Part shown: positions 59,114 to 64,000 of the stretch, in pieces
Numbering within the stretch: the first letter of the stretch is position 1
How the letters are laid out: every line of letters begins with the position of its first letter
IMG/VR virus record: IMGVR_UViG_3300025000_000058
DNA from: a virus
Lineage: Duplodnaviria > Heunggongvirae > Uroviricota > Caudoviricetes
Reading direction: 5' to 3' (one strand)
Length of the DNA: 64,000 nt
Notes under the pieces: model-generated
What the model was told of the DNA's origin: nothing
What the model saw: only the letters and a program-made list of their open reading frames with translations
Database searches by the model: none
Translations under genes and position numbers: made by a program

Positions 59114-59560
59114 TTATTCTAATGATTTTTGTATTTTCTCTTTCATTTCCAAAAGTTTTTCTATCTCTTTTTTATTTTGTTCAATATATTTATCTATCTT
59201 TTTTATTTCCATTAATTTACTTTGCATTTCCATTTCAACAAAATATTCTTCAAGTGTCATGTTTTTATATTTTTCGCAATCTTTCATTGTATATACTATA
59301 GTAACAATTTTTCCTTTTCTATCCATCTTACATCGCTTATCTTCTATTAAATCTAATTCTAATTTAAATATTTCCCTATAATACCCATACTTAATTGCCC
59401 AAACACTATATACTAATTCCTTAACCCCCAATTTTCTAAATATTTTAACTGCTATTTGTCTTGCAGTATCATGGAATTCTCCAACATTGATTTTTTGCCC
59501 TTCGAATTGTTTCATTTCTTTATTCAATGCATTTATTATTGTTTTAATTGTAGCACTCAT
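59114..59560 (-). CDS. Hypothetical protein (148 aa)
   Basis: SD GGAGGT. Confidence 0.6.
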   Translation of the reverse strand: MSATIKTIINALNKEMKQFEGQKINVGEFHDTARQIAVKIFRKLGVKELVYSVWAIKYGYYREIFKLELDLIEDKRCKMDRKGKIVTIVYTMKDCEKYKNMTLEEYFVEMEMQSKLMEIKKIDKYIEQNKKEIEKLLEMKEKIQKSLE

Positions 59561-59648
59561 TTTAAATAAAACCTCCTTGTTATATTTATCATATTTCTTC
59601 TACACTACCCATTATTATATTAAATAATGAGTAGAAACAAGAAATCAT

Positions 59649-60506
59649 TTATATATTTTTAATTTTACCAATTATATCATGAAGATTTTTTTCAGTCATT
59701 ATTTTACCTCTTGGAGAACCAGCAATGCCAGCATGACCTCCTGCTTCATTCCCCCAAAGTGACTGAACAATATCTTTACAATTAATTGTATCATCACTGC
59801 AACTTATTGTAATGTTGTTAAATGTTTTATTAAAACTGATAATAACTTTAGCAATAGTTTTTAATGTTGGAGAATAATAACTTGCATTGCAAAATACTTT
59901 ATCTGTTATAAAAATACGATAATTTTCTGTTTCTTCAATTAGTAAACTCTCAGTAACACTCTGAATATTTTCTGCCCATTGTTTACCTTTTTTAATCCAA
60001 AATGAATTATCTCCATTAATTCCAAGTATTTCGTCTAATACTTGAGCATGTTGGAATATAGTATCTGTCACATCGGCAATTTCTGTTATGCGTGGTGCTC
60101 TATTTTCTGCTGTATAACTCCAATAGGCATTAAACAAATCTTGGATATGTTGAGGAAATTTATGGATATGATGAGGGCCATTTAAATCAATATATTCAGC
60201 GGCTTTCCAAAATTCGTCAATGTAATATTTATTACCAGTTAATGCCAATACACCACCGATAGTATCTAAATCTATATGAGAAACAATAATATTACTACCA
60301 ATAGGCAAAGAAAAATCTCTTAAATCTACATTACAAGGTGAAGGACAATTTTTATATTTGTCTACGTGATGTGCTAATGTTATTATACTGCCTTCCAATA
60401 CATTATTACCATACTCTGCTTCAACAGTAGCATGAGGAACAAACGGTATATTTTGTGCTAACTCCCTAGTCGGTACTAGATAGATATTTACTGTTCTTTT
60501 TGTCAT
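59649..60506 (-). CDS. DHH/DHHA1-like phosphoesterase
   Basis: SHIDLDTIGG and C-terminal AGGHAGIAGS. Confidence 0.55.
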   Translation of the reverse strand: MTKRTVNIYLVPTRELAQNIPFVPHATVEAEYGNNVLEGSIITLAHHVDKYKNCPSPCNVDLRDFSLPIGSNIIVSHIDLDTIGGVLALTGNKYYIDEFWKAAEYIDLNGPHHIHKFPQHIQDLFNAYWSYTAENRAPRITEIADVTDTIFQHAQVLDEILGINGDNSFWIKKGKQWAENIQSVTESLLIEETENYRIFITDKVFCNASYYSPTLKTIAKVIISFNKTFNNITISCSDDTINCKDIVQSLWGNEAGGHAGIAGSPRGKIMTEKNLHDIIGKIKNI

Positions 60507-60655
60507 GATAAAACCTCCATTTATTTTTAATTTAAGGCACTGTTTTAATTGCCTTTATAATATACACTGCTATTATTATATATGCAGTGTATACAGTAAA
60601 AACAACTTTTATTTCTTCTAATGATTTTTGTAATTTCTCTTTCATTTCTCACATA

Positions 60656-60802
60656 TTATTTTAATTGTTTAATACAGCTTTTCATTTCAGTCCCACACTT
60701 AGGACAATAACGTATTTCCTCACTGTTCCGATAATCATAGTCAGACGATCCCTCTTCTCCACATTTAGGGCATTTAGTAATCCACATTTCCTTCATTTCC
60801 AT
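60656..60802 (-). CDS. 48-aa zinc-ribbon protein
   Basis: SD AAGGAGAG; CPKC twice. Confidence 0.55.
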   Translation of the reverse strand: MEMKEMWITKCPKCGEEGSSDYDYRNSEEIRYCPKCGTEMKSCIKQLK

Positions 60803-60847
60803 AATAACACTCTCCTTTATTTAATCAGCATTTAATACATTATACTC

Positions 60848-61069
60848 CTAACAAAATATATTATACTTAGCAAAAACAACATACCTTCCATTGTTCTGTT
60901 TAAAACATCTAAATCTAATTATTGCTAATTCATGATAAATTCTTTTGTCAACATAAAAGCCATACTTTTTTGCTTCAGTAACCAATTCCATTAAATTATT
61001 ACTATGAATTCCTAACTCCAGCCCCTTTTTACCATGAATTGACATGTATATTTGATCTTGTCCCGACAT
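60848..61069 (-). CDS. Hypothetical protein (73 aa)
   Basis: SD present. Confidence 0.55.
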   Translation of the reverse strand: MSGQDQIYMSIHGKKGLELGIHSNNLMELVTEAKKYGFYVDKRIYHELAIIRFRCFKQNNGRYVVFAKYNIFC

Positions 61070-61173
61070 AATTATATCACAACTCCTTTTAATTTATAAT
61101 GTATTTAAAAGCCTTTATCCCATACATTAACCTTAATTCTTAGCGTTAATGTACAGATAAAAACTTCTAATAC

Positions 61174-62736
61174 TTAGCTGATTAATTTTCTTAATTTCAT
61201 ATATTGCAACAATTCGCTGTATTTATACATTTTTGCCCAATTTACAATATCGTTAAATGTCGTACTTTGAATATCTTGTAGTTTAACATCTCTAACAAAA
61301 TTTAACAAACACTGGCAGAATTGCAATGTAGCAACAAATGTTTCATACTTCAATGTACCTCTAAAAATTCTTAATTCAATTGTTTCTACATTTCTAATAT
61401 TTACGGTACAATAGCGGTCATGTTTATCTTCGGCATATTTTAATATTGTGTTAATGTCAGTATGGCAATATCTTTTGCACCATGTAGACAATTGGTCTTC
61501 TGTTCTACGTGAGAATAACACAAATTGATCCCAAAATACTTCTGTTACATATAACAATTTTGCAATATTATACTCTTGTTCTGTTCTAGTTTTACCGAAT
61601 GCCTTTCTGTTAATGTGAACATGTAAACCACACGTTCCAGAAGTATGACTTCTATAACCTAATTTTATAGCTTTTTTCATTAACTCCTGCCATTTGAATT
61701 CTTTTAGATGTTTTTCCAATGTGGCAGGGTGACTAACAATTTCAAAACCATTGCAAGCTCTGCTATCTTTATCACAAATTGACCCATCGTATTTGGTGTA
61801 AAATTTACTTTCATGTTTATTACCATTAACAATACTTAATAATCTTTTAGCGTTTTCATCACTGAAGCCACCTTCTCCAATTTCCAATTCTACACCAAAA
61901 AGGTCAGCTTGACTCTTTTTCATGTAAAATATTGGGTCTGGTCTATACTTATAATGATGAATAGCACTTGCCTCAAAAAAGCAGTTCATACAGTAATGTT
62001 TATTATTAATAATATAAATATTAGATTTTATTTCCACCCAATTACCACATTCAGGACATAAATCATATTTATTTCTGCAATTATTACAAATTCTTCTACC
62101 ATTATTGTCAATTCCATTACTTTCTTTAATTAAATGATAACCACCACAACACCTACAATGAAAAAATTCTAATCTGAAACATTCTCTGCAATAATATTTG
62201 CCTTGATGTTCTGTCGCGTCACAACTTTCCGTATTTACTACAACACCACAACAACTACATGGTTTAAAATATCTATCATAGCATTTATCACAAATTGGTT
62301 TGTTATTTTTGCCATATGTTTTGGTAACTTCAGAACGTAAGTGATAATTGTAACAATTAGAACACATTAAAAATTTCTCATTAAAACATTTTTCACAATA
62401 ATCAATATTATCCTTCCTATACATATAGTCTTCATGAATTTTTTCGCCACAACATTTACATGGTTTATAGTATCTATCATGACATTTACTACATATCATT
62501 CTGCCATTGGAATCTGTTATTAACTCTGATTTTAAAAGGTGTTTTCCACATTCACTACAATATGAATATTTTTCATTGAAGCATTTATAACATAATTTTT
62601 CTTCAGTTAAAACGTACATACTTCTAACATTTTTTTCAATTCCGCAGTCTGTACATACTTCAGTTATAACTGGGCTCCTTAGTGGTTGTAGTCTAAAACT
62701 GTAATTCATGGTATAATTCATGTTAGATATTGTCAT
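61174..62736 (-). CDS. Putative amidoligase (COOH-NH2 ligase, Amidoligase_2) with N-terminal Cys-rich repeats
   Basis: FGVELE, DGSI, FEIVSHP, TCGLHVHI, RY..VN and TIELRIF motifs. Confidence 0.85.
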   Translation of the reverse strand: MTISNMNYTMNYSFRLQPLRSPVITEVCTDCGIEKNVRSMYVLTEEKLCYKCFNEKYSYCSECGKHLLKSELITDSNGRMICSKCHDRYYKPCKCCGEKIHEDYMYRKDNIDYCEKCFNEKFLMCSNCYNYHLRSEVTKTYGKNNKPICDKCYDRYFKPCSCCGVVVNTESCDATEHQGKYYCRECFRLEFFHCRCCGGYHLIKESNGIDNNGRRICNNCRNKYDLCPECGNWVEIKSNIYIINNKHYCMNCFFEASAIHHYKYRPDPIFYMKKSQADLFGVELEIGEGGFSDENAKRLLSIVNGNKHESKFYTKYDGSICDKDSRACNGFEIVSHPATLEKHLKEFKWQELMKKAIKLGYRSHTSGTCGLHVHINRKAFGKTRTEQEYNIAKLLYVTEVFWDQFVLFSRRTEDQLSTWCKRYCHTDINTILKYAEDKHDRYCTVNIRNVETIELRIFRGTLKYETFVATLQFCQCLLNFVRDVKLQDIQSTTFNDIVNWAKMYKYSELLQYMKLRKLIS

Positions 62737-62852
62737 AATAAAAAATCCCCCTCATTTTATTATATTTTTGTTATGTTAGAATCATGATGTCTTTATTCTA
62801 TACACTATTATAATTAATATTTTATACTTGCTAGTGTATAGATAAAAACATC

Positions 62853-63119
62853 TTAAATAACATCTTGTAGATTTATTTCTTTAGGTATAAAACTATTTTT
62901 TTCATAACAAAATGTATAATTTTCTTTTAAACAAGTAGAACATATTAATCTTTTACTTCTGTTAATACAAAATAATGTTTCTGGCAATGCGAATTCTTCA
63001 CAATCAGCACATTTAATATAATGCTGTTCTATGCAATTTTCGCATATTTCTTTATTGCTTATATCTGGAAATGTTTCGCTGGCTTGTTTTTTACAATGGT
63101 GACATTGTTTTAATTTAAT
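62853..63119 (-). CDS. 88-aa Cys-rich protein, ATT start, missing from the ORF track
   Basis: AAAGGAGGT SD 6 nt before ATT; no ATG/GTG/TTG near the 5' end; CHHC, CENC, CADC and CSTC motifs. Confidence 0.75.
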   Translation of the reverse strand: MKLKQCHHCKKQASETFPDISNKEICENCIEQHYIKCADCEEFALPETLFCINRSKRLICSTCLKENYTFCYEKNSFIPKEINLQDVI

Positions 63120-63207
63120 AATTATACCTCCTTTATTTTATATATTATTAAAAATGCTTTTAATGCTATACTGTTATAATTAACCAGTATAGACATAAAA
63201 ACACTCT

Positions 63208-64000
63208 TTATTTTAATGCAGTAGTACCATAACTAGCACCATAAGCATCATAATATCTTGCTTCTTCTTCCTCACATGCCAAACATTCTTGGTAGTAATG
63301 GCACTCACTGCAACTTTTTACAGAAAGAGACAATTGACAAGTTTTTTTGTACTCTAATTCAACAATTTCTAGTACATTTTCAATGGTTGTTTGTGTTGTT
63401 GTAGTTGCTGTTTTAGTCTGTTTGGTATATTTACTATATTTACTACTATAATAACTGGTTTTATAATAATGACTTTCATAGGATGAATTGCTGTAATAAC
63501 AACCATCCATTTTATTGTAAATAAAGTTTCCAATTATTTTAATTTCAGAAGGTGACATAATGACAAATTTACTTTTGGTTGCTTCAACAATTAAATCTCC
63601 AACACCTGGATGAAATATTACATCCTTCATATTTACTAAATATTTAGATACGAATACCATCGTGTCAGAGGTATTTTTGTCATCACCGCAAAAGCTAATA
63701 ATTCCATTATGGACAATAGCCAAGTCTGTTTTAATTAATTTAGCTTTAAGATGTTTAGTATTAGTTGTTACTGGGAATGGATGACAATTGCCTTTGTTTA
63801 CTTTCCCATGCGAAGCCATACGGAAATGTATAGATAATTCCAATTCTTGCATATTTTCTTTTTGTGATAACTCACGCAAAGCGTTCATAAGAGCATCAAA
63901 CTTCATAAAACCTTTTTGAATTGTTACAAAAGATTTTGAAGGATCTTGGTACATAAAACCAGCACCATCCCAATTGTTATCCCAACAATTTTGCAATGTT
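63208..64000 (-). CDS. Class II glutamine amidotransferase, 5'-partial
   Basis: NWDGAG, HFRMASHG, CHPF, HNG and SDT motifs; the start lies beyond the window end. Confidence 0.85.
   Translation of the reverse strand, partial: TLQNCWDNNWDGAGFMYQDPSKSFVTIQKGFMKFDALMNALRELSQKENMQELELSIHFRMASHGKVNKGNCHPFPVTTNTKHLKAKLIKTDLAIVHNGIISFCGDDKNTSDTMVFVSKYLVNMKDVIFHPGVGDLIVEATKSKFVIMSPSEIKIIGNFIYNKMDGCYYSNSSYESHYYKTSYYSSKYSKYTKQTKTATTTTQTTIENVLEIVELEYKKTCQLSLSVKSCSECHYYQECLACEEEEARYYDAYGASYGTTALK

Larger units (their letters stand above)
59097..60648. repeat. ~55-bp imperfect direct repeat at 59097-59149 and 60591-60648
   Basis: atacagtaaaaacaacttt..tctaatgatttttgta.tttctctttcatttc occurs in both copies. 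Confidence 0.8.
50261..63207 (-). repeat. Family of nine intergenic long irregular RNA hairpins
   Basis: At 50261-50315, 52515-52585, 53931-53980, 57385-57447, 59050-59115, 60547-60607, 61111-61164, 62786-62852 and 63151-63207; most share GUUUU(U)A...AUAAAG flanks. Confidence 0.75.

Noticed and set aside
50261-63207. Hairpin units as a CRISPR array or integron attC sites
   Set aside because: The units are not identical or evenly spaced and lack RYYYAAC/GTTRRRY ends. G-U pairs favour the coding-strand RNA, and the only recombinase-like gene in the window lacks catalytic residues.

Overview
This 64-kb window is part of a large, AT-rich Firmicutes (probably clostridial) bacteriophage or prophage whose gene order resembles SPbeta-like phages. 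Family calls come from motifs read by eye; no database search was run. Bases 1-7442 (+ strand) hold the end of the tail module, a lysis cassette (amidase endolysin, two holin-like genes) and recU. From about 7440 to 64000 almost all genes lie on the - strand. The nucleotide metabolism and replication block includes dnaE, thyA, clpP, an RNA ligase, a frameshifted speD, an HD hydrolase, an MT-A70 methylase, dut, class II RNR with a 123-aa mini-intein, recJ, a CCA-adding enzyme, primase, helicase, a dNMP kinase, an AAA ATPase and SSB. It is followed by a catalytically dead tyrosine-recombinase-fold protein and a long accessory region with two DUF262 proteins, a PcrA/UvrD helicase, a GHKL-HEXXH protein, an amidoligase and a class II GATase. 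The main signals outside the ORF track are: (1) nine ~20-27 bp G-U-containing RNA hairpins between accessory genes, resembling RNase III sites; (2) up to nine genes that appear to start at ATT/ATA, including primase and RNR; (3) an identical AAAATATTA motif at a fixed position in six sigmaA promoters; (4) an antisense small-RNA unit inside the lysis cassette; and (5) three frameshifted genes.
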